Of a DNA stretch of 64,000 nt, positions 15,442 to 28,559 are shown one piece after another. Under the pieces are notes generated by a model. The model ran no database searches, had not been told where the DNA came from, and worked only from the letters and a program-made list of their open reading frames with translations. The stretch lies in NCBI RefSeq assembly GCF_006345805.1, contig NC_043008.1, positions 71,424,001 to 71,488,000 of the forward strand. Reading direction: 5' to 3'. The stretch's first letter is position 1. Each line of letters starts with the position of its first letter. A program made the position numbers and the translations under genes. This DNA comes from Octopus sinensis. Taxonomy: Eukaryota.

Positions 15442-15961
15442 ACTTGCATAGCTTTCTCCTACACACTATTTACACACACACACACACACACACAACTTAC
15501 AGTGTATATAGATACAATCACTCTACTTCCTAACCAAGACAAAAACGAATAATGTCCTCATCGCTATACAGTTTTATAAGCTAAAACAGCTCACATAAAA
15601 CGGCCATCAGTCTCCTCAAAAGCCTGGCAGCATCACTCCTTCAATGCAATCATTCAAATTTAAAGTGTTCCTTCATTCACATTTAAATCCACACCCACTA
15701 CCACCTTCTCACCTGCAGCCGTTAAACACAAGATATGGTGACGACACTAATATGAAGCATGCTACACTAAAATGAGTTTAGACATCACGATGAAAGAAAC
15801 TATCTGCACTTTCAAGCAAGAGCTTGAAATGAGCTATTTACCATAAAGAGTCAGTGTATCCAAAGATTTCCAAACTCATCATTACATTATCTAGGCATAG
15901 CTATGTCTACAGAGGAATGGTTTTGTAAAAGCTTTCAATTCTTCAGTAATGAGAACAATTA

Positions 15962-18208
15962 CACTAGTCAGCAAAATGAAATGCATTATAGTCATTATGA
16001 ATGCAAACCAACATTTTTAGATTAATTTTTCATGCTGATTTCAAACTTTTACTCCGTTTGTATGCAGCACATATCAGGTTTTCAGTAGATACATGCAAAT
16101 ATGTACATATTTGTATATACGAAATCATTAACGAAATAAATAAGGACATATTTTTAGAAATTGAAATTTATTAAGTTGAAAATCCTTACTATCATTCTAC
16201 AATCAGTGAATACACAAAAATTGGGTCAGACAAAACAAAGAGTTACAAACATTGGGATTGGATTTCCTGCGATTTTCCTGGTCTGGTTGATCACGGTAAA
16301 GTGTCAAGCAGTATTCAGCCAGAATACTGTCACTTCAGAAGCCTCCGTACCATTTCTCCATAGCACTAATATCCTGTTGAAAGGTTATATGCGAAAATGT
16401 CTAGAGGCGAGTCCAAGAAGTGAACTTTCAGTGGCATGTGACAACCCATTGCTGAGTAACATTTCAGAAGTTTCTTGATGCCATCCTTGTAGTGCCTTGC
16501 CTTCTTGTTGCTCAAGATATTCTCACAGATCCAATTGAAAGCATTTCAGGCAGGCAGTTCCAGTTCATCCACTGTTATCTTTAAGTTGACATCTTTGAGT
16601 ACTTCTTTAATTTGGGGTCCGGAAAAGATCCCCTGTTTCCACTTCGTCTGTGTATTTTGGGGAAACCTTTCTACAATATACTCAAATACACTGGTATTTC
16701 TCTTCCCTTTTATCTTCACAAATTGTTTCGTCAGTCTAAGCTTTATGTGCAAAGGAGGCAGTAGGACATTACATAGATCTACACGAAATGTATTCTTGAC
16801 GTTAGACATCCTGGATGGTATGATGTTCTTGTCTGCTAGTTTGATTCCGAATAATGTTTGCGAATTGTCTGACTATCCCATAGACAGAAGAAACAAAATT
16901 ATTTTGTGAAACCTGACTGCATTCACATAAACATTCCAATGGCTTTTAAATCTCCACATATTTCCCACGAGTATATTTCATAGGAAATGGTATGATGTCA
17001 AAGATCCATATTCTCAAATGATTCATGATGAACGGAGTATGCAATATGAATGGAGGGATTCAAACTACCATTATGGAGAAGTGCAGCGTTCAAACTTCGT
17101 TTGAAGAGTCAATAAACAGATATCATTTTACAGGATCATGATTTTGTGATAAACATACGAAAATTCTATCGATGTTACTGCAAAGCAAAAACGGACATTC
17201 AACAGAAAAACACGTTTGTAGAACTACATTTCCCTTTGGAAAATAAGTTATACCAACATCGTGCTCTAACAGATTCTTCACCATCACTTTTGATGCTAAT
17301 TGTTCTGCTCTGACAAGGTCATTCAGTTCAGCTTGGGAAAATTTTCGAAGTTCAAAACTATCATCATCAGCCACATCGTTACAGTCAGTATCATCATCTG
17401 ATGTTTCAATAACATCATCTGGTGAAACTGGAATTAACAGACTACCATTGTGAGGCACAAGCCTCATTGCAGGATCCATATTGGGATACACGAGTTTGTG
17501 CTTATTGTTCATAAAAAAATCCTGTGACATTTACTTTGCAAAAATAACAGTCATTAAAATGGTCATTTCGGCTCCCTCCATATCACTGAAATTGCAAAAG
17601 GCATGGATTTCTTATTGAACCAGTCACGTAAGCCATTTGAGCAAGCCGAGGAAATAAAATATGGTGCCCATAACTTGTCTTGATCTCCAAGAGGACAGTC
17701 AAAGTATAGCTTATAGATCTTCTTGATCTCTGTTGTTTTGGTACATTTCTGAGTTTTCACAATAAATTGTACACAGACATAGCAAAACACATCAGGGCGA
17801 TTTCTATACCTGATATTGTTAACATTGTTAAACAAGTAAGGAAACAGATACAAACAGTTATACTAATATTGAATTTGAGATGTTGTATGACTGGACAACT
17901 TGAGATGTTTAAATACTTATTTCATCAGAAAAAACTTGATCGGTTGATTTATGATAATGAAATATTGCATCCGAACTATGTAGCAATGAATAATGTAGTT
18001 TATTTTAAAGGTATGTTTCTAAGATGTCAGTAGTTGGAATTTCTATATAATGCATGAGCTAAAGCAAAAAAGCTTTGTCATCTTAAAAACTGTACGTGAT
18101 GTAAAAAAACCCCAACTAATTGAATATTTAAAATCAGAATTAAACACTACACTAAGTAGACGTTGACATATGTTTGATGATAAATACTGTTATCATAATC
18201 CATAAGTG
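15962..18208 (-). mobile_element. Decayed Chapaev3-like (CMC superfamily) DNA transposon
   Basis: Frameshifted transposase pieces on the minus strand: RNRPDVFCYVC..YFDCPLGDQDKLWAP..IWREPK (17563-17853), FSQAELNDLVR (17123-17530), an LFIDSS/LLHNG/ICGDLK segment (~16900-17120) and LLPPLHIKLRLTKQFVK..GIFSGPQIKEV (16546-16809). The left end is TTA|CACTAG at 15962. Subterminal ctgatttcaaa (~16035) is inverted relative to tttaaaatcag (~18127). The right boundary is approximate. Confidence 0.75.
16260..17830 (-). pseudogene. Chapaev3-like transposase pseudogene
   Basis: Collinear fragments across several frames with stops; N-terminal Cys/His zinc-finger motifs (FCYVC, WAP, WREP..DCYFC). Confidence 0.75.
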
Positions 18209-19411
18209 AATTAAACACTCTTGAGGAATGGTCCTGTAAATGTCTTTAGAGAATATCAGTGTCTTACCTTTCAAATCTTCAGTAATGAGAACAATTATAC
18301 TAACTCATAAGCGAGTTTAACAATCTTGAGATACCATCTTTTTCACCAGGATAGTGAGTCGTTTCACCTTGGGAGTTCCGTAAGTCAGATCTCCCCACAA
18401 CTTTGAAGTGACTCAAAAGCATTTACATCCTATGACAATCATGAGGTTACATTACAAAGTGAGGCAAGCAAATTATTGAAGTCGTGTGTATTTAAGAGCA
18501 AAATAATTGCTACTGTACTCTTTTAACTTACTTAAAATATGAAATAATTTTCTTCAGTTTTAATCCTGAAAATATCTAATGGAAATGGAATTTATTTTAT
18601 GCTCTGGAAACTTCAAATGCAACCGAAATGTATTTATGTACCTGGTCCTTATTTGAATTTAAGATAGTAAGTTTTTTTCTTTCTTTTACGTTATAGATAA
18701 ACGGTAAAAGATCTAGAAGAATGTATCTATGATACTTGAAATACTTCTGCATAACTTCTTTACGAATGAAAATGTCATTTCATTAGCAAACAGCATAGAA
18801 GTATGTACTATTATTTATGACCATTTTAACATTGGAGTAGATAATATCAAGAGTAAATTAAAAGGATAGCGTATTATAAGTCTCGTTAACCTGGATAGTC
18901 TATTGTAAACACATTGAAATAGTAATATAATTGTGAGTCCGTTCTCATGTGTGCTCATTTCTTCATATACGTGGGGCTTTTGATTTGAGGGATCAGTTGG
19001 CTGCTAATCTTATACTGTCAAAAGATCGCTTATAAAAATTCTCGTGGATGTTTTATATGAATTTGGTGAAAACAACATAAGCGTGCAAGAGCATATATGG
19101 ATGTGTACGCGCAAACACAGATACTATATATATATATATATAATTTAGAGAAAAAAAATCTATTAACCAATTCAAAAATGAAAGATGCTATTGACACCAT
19201 ATAGAAAACATATACTATAAAAACCTTATTCTCAAAATCAATAAAGTACAATAAATAGTAAATAGTAGTAAAAAAGTTATTATGCGAAGATATAATTTGA
19301 AGGAGGTAGCAATTATTTTGCTCTTAAATACACACGACTTTAATAGTTTGCTTGGTTCACTTTGTATGCATGTGTATAATATATATACGTATACATATGC
19401 ATAGATACACA

Positions 19412-19479
<68 letters not shown>

Positions 19480-19999
19480 CATTCAAACATACACACATAT
19501 ATACATACTCATACATGCGTGTATATCTTATACATATATGTATAAATATATATACACACATATACATATACACAAACACTTACTTGTATATATGCACGTA
19601 TGCACACATATATAAATATACATGCGTATACATACAGAAACACCTACAGGCATATACATAAATGGAAAGCGAAGTTGTGAAGTGAACGTTAGTAATTTTT
19701 AAAATGCTGTTGAGAAAACAGACGTCACAGGGCGAGGGAAGAAAAGAAGGTATAGAGGAAGGAAGAGGAAACGAAAGAACGAGAGTTGAATGGGAAATGA
19801 AGCTAGAAGCAAATAGAGAATGAATGATAATTGGGAAGAAAAGTTGGTGGGAAGAATACGGTGTATGAGACGTTGCAGAAATTATTATCAGATGAGGGGT
19901 AGATTTTATTTAAAAAGGCAAATAAGTGTTTGCTTCCAATGCAAACCCGTATAGACACGGTCGTTAAAAGTGTTGACCTGTTTAAGTTTAGAGAAGTTT

Positions 20000-20730
20000 A
20001 TGTTTAGAAAAGAGAATAAAACGCGTAACCCTAGTAAAAATATCTGGTTGATTGTTCCATATGGAACACAAGTTAAAAGTAACATTCCCCACCAAATTCG
20101 TCAGGCTTTCGAAAGGAATTTTCTCATAAATTCCAGGTATCACTTAATTTTCAACACCCACCGTATCAGAATTGGCTTTTCCAACACCAGTAACCTCCTG
20201 CAAATTATATCCTCCCATAATAACTCTATTCTCAAAGGTAATGTCGTCTGTCTTAATAACTGTAACAACATTAGTAATATTAACGATAATCTCTCCTTGA
20301 ATAATAATACCAGTGATATTAGTCCTTGTCAATGTGGCCTGAATAAAACTTGCGTCCTCAATGGAAACTTCAGAATTAAAAATGTTGTTTACCAATGCAA
20401 AATTACCTATGGATCTAAAGAACAATTTTATATTTTATTGGCTTCTACGGAGTTCAAAAGTCGTATTGCGAACCATCTTGCCACTTTTAAATACAGTCAG
20501 CGTAATTCTACAGGATATATTAAGCTAATTTGGCGCCTTAAAGTCTCTAATAAACATTTTTCTTTAGATAAAAAAATTTTATCAAGATCATTTCCTTATG
20601 ACAAATAGAAATCTTTCTGTCCTCTTTCAACAGGTGAGCAACTATCTATTCTCTTTTTTAAATATAAACTGGTCAACAACTTTAATGAACATGTTTACAG
20701 GTGTTTGCGGTGGAAAAAAAACCCCACCCA
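20000..20730 (+). pseudogene. PLE RT-thumb/linker and GIY-YIG endonuclease fragment
   Basis: Homology pattern as above; GIY-YIG degenerated to VVY...YIL; premature TAG at 20606-20608. Confidence 0.7.
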
Positions 20731-20939
20731 TTTACCTTTTTTAAATAATATATATCCCTCACCTAATAATAATTTCTGCAACTTATCTTTATTTTTTATT
20801 CTTACTTCCCATGCCACCTATTCTTCCCTTCATCATTTCTTTCCATCTATCAAGTATTCTTCATTTTCTCGTACCTGCCTTTCTCCTTTAACTTTCGCTC
20901 TTTCTTTTCCTCTTTCTTCCTTTATACATTTATACCTCC

Positions 20940-21665
20940 AAACGGGCATGGGACAACAAGCTGACCAAGACCACAAAAATGAAGATTTAACAGGCATGTG
21001 TACTTAGCACTCTACTGTATGGCAGTGAGAGCTGGACGCCATAGACACGCCAAGAGCGTCACCTAAATATCTTTCACCAGCGCTGCTTCCGGATAATCTT
21101 TGACATTAAATGGCAAAATATTGTCCCCAACAAAGATGTCCTCAAGCAAGCAGGAATACCAAGCATGTTTGCACTCCTCACACAAAGACGTATGAGATGG
21201 CTTGGACATGTTACTCGTATGGAAGATGGCAGAATCCCCATGGACATATTCTACGGAGAGCTTGCTAGGGGCATTAGGTCTGTGCGAAGACCGTTCTTAC
21301 GATACAAGGATGTTAGCAAAAGGGACAAGAAGGCCTGCGACATCAATATTAGCAGCTGGGAAGCAGTTGCCAGCAACTTTGGAGATTGGCGACACACTGT
21401 AGAAGAGGGAACACAAAGGAGTGACAGAGAGAGATAGGAGAAATGGAAAGACTTGAAAAGACGTCAACAAGAAACTATAACATTACGACCAGCCAGGCAA
21501 AGTTTTCGCTACATTTGCGGCACCTGCCAGAGGGAGTGTTTGTCCAGGATAGGACTACACAGCCACAGCAGGAGATGTATTAATACATGAAATGTAAAAA
21601 CCGGACCAAATTATTTTATGCGCATCTCTATTGTCTCCCGAGACAAAAAGGATGGCAACAACAAC
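20940..21665 (+). mobile_element. RTE-clade (RTE-BovB-like) LINE 3' fragment
   Basis: QACVLSTLLYGSESW..HQRCFRIIFDIKWQ..VPNKDVL..LLTQRRMRWLGHVTRMEDGRIP..YGEL..RPFLRYKD, then C-terminal C-x2-C..SRIGLHSHSRRC and a short 3' UTR ending in (CAA)n. Confidence 0.9.
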
Positions 21666-21888
21666 CTTCTCTTATTCTATGACGTCTGTTCTCTCAACGG
21701 CATTTCAAAAATTACTAGCGTTCCCTTCAAAACTTCGCTTTCCATATATCTATATGCATATAAATACGTATGTGTGTGTATATGTATGTCTGTATGTATA
21801 TGTGTGTAACTTGTTTATGCATATATGTATATGATTATGCGTGTGTATGAGTATGTATGTATGTGTATGTGTGTATACGTATATATAT

Positions 21889-21951
<63 letters not shown>

Positions 21952-22186
21952 TAATTGTTATCGCCATATTAATATGGCATTCTTATAGATATCAGGATAA
22001 TCGCTGCCGCTGGTCAGCTCCATGAGGCCACCGCTTTAAGATAGCTATTGATATACGATCTGTATCCATTATAACCTTCGAACAAGGGAGGTCAGCCGCT
22101 TCACACTGCCAGTCCGACAATTAATTTCCAGTAAACGCTGTCGTAATCTCTTTTATAGAGACTTAGTAATTTTAATATTTCTATTA

Positions 22187-22936
<750 letters not shown>

Positions 22937-22937
<1 letters not shown>

Positions 22938-23903
22938 CGGGAAGCTTTATGAAAATAAACAAAAGACGAAGGCAGGTGGAAAAAAAACGAACAATTGTAT
23001 TAGTATGGCGCTCAGGAAATATAAATAAAACAAGTCTTTAACGTTTCGAGCCTACGCTCTTCAACAGAAAGATACACAGAGAGAGAAAAACACAGAAAGA
23101 AGGAGAGAAAAAAAAATGCGTCCAGTAGCTAACGAATCAACATGGCGATCTGATTTCGGCCAGAGGTCAAAGATCAAACATGAGACGCGAGAGCGAAATA
23201 AGGGGAGATAATAGGGTTGATAAAAGGGTTGAGGGACCAGCTAAAAGTGCGTGGGAGGGGTCTGGATGTGTGTATGTATAGGGTTGGTGTATGTATTAGT
23301 ATATATAAGGGTGTGTGTGTGTGTGTGTGTGTGTATGAGAGAGTATTAGTGCGTAAGATTGGTCTGGACATGCGTATGTATGGGGTTGGTGTATGTATTA
23401 GTATGTATTAGTATGTATTAGTACGTATTGGTATGTATAGGTATGTGTGTGTGTGTGTGAGAGAGTATAAGTGCGTATGCGGGGTCTGGACGTGTGTATG
23501 TATAGGGTTGGTGTAAGTATTAGTATGTACTAGTATGTATTAGTACGTATTAGTATGTATTAGTTGGTGTGTGTATTAGTATGGCACATCATATGTGATG
23601 TGATGTGTAAAGTCATGTGGTGTAGTGAGGAGAAGAGGGGGAGGGGGAGAAGAGGGGGAGAAGAGGGGGAGATAAGGGGAGGGGAAGAAGAGGGGGAGGA
23701 GAAGGGGCAAGAGGATGGGGGAGAAGGAAGGGGAGGAGGGGGATGAAGGAGGAAAGAGAGAGAGGGGGAGAGAGGGAGTGAGGGAGCAGAGGGAAGGGGA
23801 AGAGGGAGGGAGAAAGAGGGAAGAAGGGAAGGGGAGTAGGGGTGAAAGGATGAAGGACTGAAGAAGTAGGGGTCGGGGGGAGAAAGGATAGGTGAGGAGG
23901 GGG
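22937..23903 (-). repeat. 3' pseudo-LTR of the PLE (polypyrimidine region, three ~105-120-bp internal tandem units, hammerhead motif)
   Basis: Direct repeat of 25943-26717; internal unit ggtctgga..tgtata/gggttggtgtatgtattag at ~23259, ~23362 and ~23483. Confidence 0.85.
23033..23073 (-). ncRNA. Minimal type-I hammerhead ribozyme-like motif in the PLE pLTR (non-canonical core)
   Basis: Minus strand reads ucuuu-CUGUUGA-A-GAGC(GUAG)GCUC-GAA-ACGU-U-aaaga: stem I ucuuu/aaaga, 4-bp stem II, palindromic ACGU stem III. Confidence 0.6.
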
Positions 23904-23912
23904 AGAGGGGGG

Positions 23913-25814
23913 TTAGATGAGGAGGGGGGGGAGAGTTGAGACCAAATGGCGTATAAGAGCGAAGAGAGAAGATTAATTCCTGTTCACGGCGCAAACGGGA
24001 ATCCGGATGGCCTCTGTGTAAGGACAAACCGAACACAGATAGGTGTTGCAAGGAGTGACCGGTGGAGCGGAAATGGCGTGAGACCGGTGTGTCGTTCGCA
24101 AGGTGGATGTCACGAAGGTGTTCCGCGAACCGGTAAGCCAAGCGGCGTCCCGTTTGTCCGATGTACAAGGAATTGCAGAGAGAGCAAGAGATGCAGTAGA
24201 TAATATTGCTGGAGGTGCAGGTGAAGGAGTGGATGATGGGATAGGGTCGATGGTGGGTGCTAGTGAGGCGGGTGGTGTTGGAGAGGTAAGGGCAAGTGCG
24301 GCAACGTGGGCGGGAGCAGGGGAACGAGCCGGGTTGGGAGGTAGGGTCAGGGAAGGAGCTATGGATCAAAAGGTCTCGAAGGTTGTGGGCTCGTTTGAAA
24401 GAGGGGAGGGGTCGGTTAGGGAAGATGTGTGAAGTGGACGGGTCGGACTGGAGATGACGGAAAGCTCGAAGAATGGTGCGTTGGAGACGTAGGGTCGTGG
24501 GGTGGTAAGTGAGGGGAAAAGGGAGGCGGGAGACTACAGGGCGGGTTCGGGGAGAGAGAGCAGATACACGGTCCACGGACCGTGCTCTGGCAAGGGCGGT
24601 GTGGATAGTGGTGAGGGGGTATCCACGTAGGGTGAAGTGGTGAGCCATACGTTGAGACTGAGTCTCAAAGTCATGGTCGTCACTACAGAGCCTACGTAGA
24701 CGGAGGAATTGGGAATAGGGGATGGAAAGCTTGGTGTGTTCTGGGTGGGAGGAAGAGAAGTTGAGGTATGAGTGTGAGTCTGTGTGTTTGTAGTGAATGG
24801 AGGTGGTAAGAGTGGAGTGAAGAATGCTAACCGAAATGTCGAGGAAGGAGACAGAGGTGTTGGAGATAGTGGAAGTGAAGTGGAGGGCTGGATGGAAAGA
24901 TTGGACGAAAGAGAGGAAGGAATCTAGATGTTCGCGGGAGAGTGAGGTGGCACCGATAATGTCGTCAATATAACGACCATATAGTTCAGGAGTGGGACCA
25001 GTGAAATTAGAGAATATTTGGGCCTCAACATAGCCAACGAACAGGTTCGCATAGTTGGGGCCCATTCGCGTTCCCATGGCGACTCCCGAGACCTGATGGT
25101 AGAACTCGCCCGCGAACGAGAAGCAGTTCAGAGTAAGGACAAGTTCGGCCAGACGAATGAGTGTGGAGGTGTCAGGTACAGGGTTAGAGCGGAGGTCAAG
25201 AAAGTGTCGAAGGGCCTGCAGTCCTTCGTGGTGAGGGATAACAGTATAGAGGCTTCGGATGTCCATAGTAAAAAGGATTTTGGAGGAGCCGGGAGGAAAG
25301 GAGAAAGAGTTGAAAAGCCGGAGAGCATGGTTGGTATCGTGGATGTGGGAGGGAAGAGATGCTACTAGGGGGGCAAGGACACGGTCGAGGTATTTAGAGA
25401 TGAGCTCCGTGGGGCAGTTACAGGCGGAGACGATGGGGCGGCCAGGGTTGTTGGGTTTGTGGATTTGGGGGGAGGAAGTAAATGGTGGGGGTACGTGGGG
25501 TTCGCACAATTAGGTTGGATGCGGTGCGGGGGAGACGGGAGGACGAGATGAGGTCTTGGACGGTAGAGGATACCGTCTGTTGGTAGCTACGTGTGGGGTT
25601 AGAGGGCAGAGGGGAATAGAAGGAGGTGTCATTGAGTTGGCGGAAAGCCTCGGCCCTATAGAGGTCCGCGCGCCACACCACTACAGCTCCACTCTTGTCA
25701 GCCGGTTTGATGATAATGTCAGCGCGCCGTTGGAGGGAACGAAGAGCCAAGAGCTCAGCCGGGGAGATGTTGAGGCGGCGTTGGCGCCTGGAGAAGTTGA
25801 ACCGCTCCAATGCA

Positions 25815-25819
<5 letters not shown>
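23913..25819 (-). pseudogene. PLE reverse transcriptase and GIY-YIG endonuclease ORF, near intact (homopolymer frameshifts, 5'-truncated)
   Basis: [60 protein letters not shown], catalytic YIDD, FLDI, CSRPRCRTC knuckle, NIIYCISC..YIGQTGRRL..RFAEH, R..REQELI..L..PFGLN. A +1 frameshift in the G6 run (~25467-25472) joins ORF-track entries 25418..25993 and 23560..25509. The probable natural stop is at ~23913. Confidence 0.92.
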
Positions 25820-25907
<88 letters not shown>

Positions 25908-25942
25908 TATATACATATATATATATATATACATATATATAT

Positions 25943-26717
25943 AACGGGAAGCTTTATGAAAATAGACAAAAGACGAAGGCAGGTGGAAAACAAACAAACA
26001 ATTGTATTAGTATGGCGCTCAGGAAATATAAATAAAACAAGTCTTTATCGTTTCGAGCTTACGCTCTTCAATACAAAGATAAACAGAGAGAAAAAAAAAC
26101 ACAGAAAGAATGAGAGAAAAGAAATGCGTGCAGTAACTAACGAACCAACATGGCGATCTGATTTCGGCCAGAAGTCAAAGATCAAACTTGAGACGCGAGA
26201 GCAAAATTAGGGGAGATAATAGGGTTGAGTGACCAGCTCCAACATAAGGGTGTGTGTGTGTGTGTGTGTGTGTATGAGAGAGTATTAGTGCGTATGAGAG
26301 GTCTGGACGTGTGTATGTATAGGGTTGGTGTATGTATTAGTATGTAGTAGTATGTATTAGTATGTATTAGTTGGTGTATGTATTAGTATGGCACATCATA
26401 TATGGTGTGATGTGTAAAGTCGTGTGGTGTAGTGTGGAGAGAGGAGAAGAGGGGGATGGGGAGAGGGGGAGGGGTGAGAGGGGGAGAGAGATGAGGGGGA
26501 GGAAGGGGAGGGGGAAGGGGAGGAGGAGGGGAGGAGGAAGGAGGAAAGATGGAGAGGGGGAGAGAGAAGGGGAGTGAGGGAGCAGAGGGAAGGGGAAGAG
26601 GGAAGGGGAAGAGGGAAGGAGGGAGGGAGAAAGAGGGAAGAAGGGAAGGGGAGTAGGGGTGAAAGGATGAAGGACTGAAGAAGTAGGGGTCGGGGGGAAA
26701 GGTAGGTGAGTAGGGGA
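25943..26717 (-). repeat. Second pLTR copy (upstream of the ORF), flanked by (TA)n on both sides
   Basis: Aligns to 22937-23903 but has only one internal tandem unit; hammerhead motif mutated (~26045-26075). Confidence 0.88.
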
Positions 26718-26718
26718 C

Positions 26719-27088
<370 letters not shown>

Positions 27089-27278
27089 TATATATATATA
27101 TATACGTCACAATTAGTTTTTCTCCATTGTCTTGAATTACATTTTTTTCTTAACTTTCGTATGTCCACTCTGTGTCGTTTAGTTTTGTTTGCTTGAGGCT
27201 CGATTCTCTGCGTCTTTTGCAGGCAATGCCAAAATGGGATTTATACGTATATGATTTTCATCTGATGTTTATTTCTCA

Positions 27279-27316
<38 letters not shown>

Positions 27317-27317
27317 C

Positions 27318-27672
27318 TTACTTGTTTGAGTCATTATTCTGTGGCCATGCTGGGCCACCGCCTTAATCTTTCAGTCGAATGAATCGAACCCAGCATTTAT
27401 TTCTAAACCTGGTACTTATTCTATCGCTATCTTTTTGACGACCCGCTAAGATCCTGGGACCTAAACACACGAATACCAACTGTCAATCAGCGGTAGGGGA
27501 CAAACAAAGGCACTAAGATACACACACACATACAGGTATATATACGACGGGCTTCTTTCAGTTTCAGTCTAACAATTGAACTCATTACGGATCGCCCAAT
27601 GGCCTTAGTAGAAGATACTTGCCCAAGGTACCACACATTTGGACTGAATCCAGTAGCACGTGGTTGGGAATG
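27318..27672 (-). mobile_element. SINE family A copy
   Basis: Reverse complement aligns to 56244-56680 (ttcagtcc..ccttgggcaagt..actgaaagaagcccgtcg..ccagcatggcc). Confidence 0.85.
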
Positions 27673-28559
27673 AAGCATATATATATATATATAAATGAAA
27701 TTATAACTATCGACACGCATCTCGTACAGCTATAAAATGAGCATTTAAATAATGGGTTGAAAAAATCATCTGGATAAAAAAACTGAAAGGCTACGCTTGC
27801 ACGCACGCAAGCGCGGACACTCGCACACGTTGATATATGTTAATATACATACACACATGCATATATATATAGAGAGACACACACACACACATGCATACCT
27901 CTGTGTATATGAAAACGTATGTGTTTAATGCTCGTACATTGTTTCTTTGTCGCAAACTGGTTTTAAGAGTCCATAGATTTTCAAATTCTCCTGAGTTACG
28001 ATATATTCATCTCTCTCAGTATTTCATCTCTAAAATATTTTACCCCTTTCTCACCTCCTCTCCCTAATTTTAGTTTTTGTAACCTGCAAAACCAGTTAGG
28101 CTTTTTCTATCATATTACTCTAGAAATTTCACTTCTTCCCTACAACATAACATTGTTCCACTGTTAGAATTATTTGTAATATTTTATGCCTATGTAAAAC
28201 AGTTGTGCTCCCCTTACATTAAAGTATTTTACGACATATTACTCTATTATATTTTTATCAAACGGGAGTAATTTGTTTAGTGTAAAGTAAAGCAAAACTT
28301 GATTGCTATATTTAGAATCTTGTCTGTGAGGGTATTTGTAAAACAAAAACGTACTTTGATTTGGTTGAGAAACGTTTTCATACATATTTTCAGGTATCAG
28401 AGGCAGAGAATGAACAATAAAAAAAGTAAAATTTAGTAGCATTAATTTACTTATTTTATTTGCTAATTCTGAAGTGAGGTGCAATGCAGATGATTTTCGT
28501 AGGTCCTCCGAGATCGGTAAAAAAAGTTATCTTTTACTTTCAACTTAGACAGTTGCACA

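Larger units (their letters stand above)
19662..21745 (+). mobile_element. 5'-truncated Penelope-like element (Naiad/Chlamys-type GIY-YIG end) with an inverted terminal copy, interrupted by an RTE insertion
   Basis: ORF 19970-20608 has WLIVPY..IFNTHRIRIGFSNTSNL..IISSHN..CQC...C.LNG..KNVVYQCKI..YILL..EFKSRIANH..IWRLK. 19662-19995 is the reverse complement of 20650-20935 plus 21665-21745. Confidence 0.75.
22937..26717 (-). mobile_element. Penelope-like retroelement (probably Neptune group): pLTR copy, (TA)n, 5'-truncated ORF, 3' pLTR
   Basis: RT plus GIY-YIG ORF flanked by direct repeats 22937-23903 and 25943-26717 (both begin aacgggaagctttatgaaaata on the plus strand). Markedly higher GC than the surrounding DNA. 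Confidence 0.93.

Noticed and set aside
19970-20730. Selenocysteine recoding as described for some Naiad PLEs
   Set aside because: There is no in-frame TGA at Cys positions in this fragment (the interruption is TAG), and I could not recognise a SECIS element.
23205-23290. TAGGGTT-like words suggesting telomeric repeats or Athena-type elements
   Set aside because: Scattered rather than tandem TTAGGG, and the element encodes its own GIY-YIG endonuclease.
23560-23912. Pro/Ser-rich C-terminal tail of the 649-aa ORF
   Set aside because: Read-through into the polypyrimidine pLTR after the terminal GLN motif, probably caused by a homopolymer frameshift; not a real domain.
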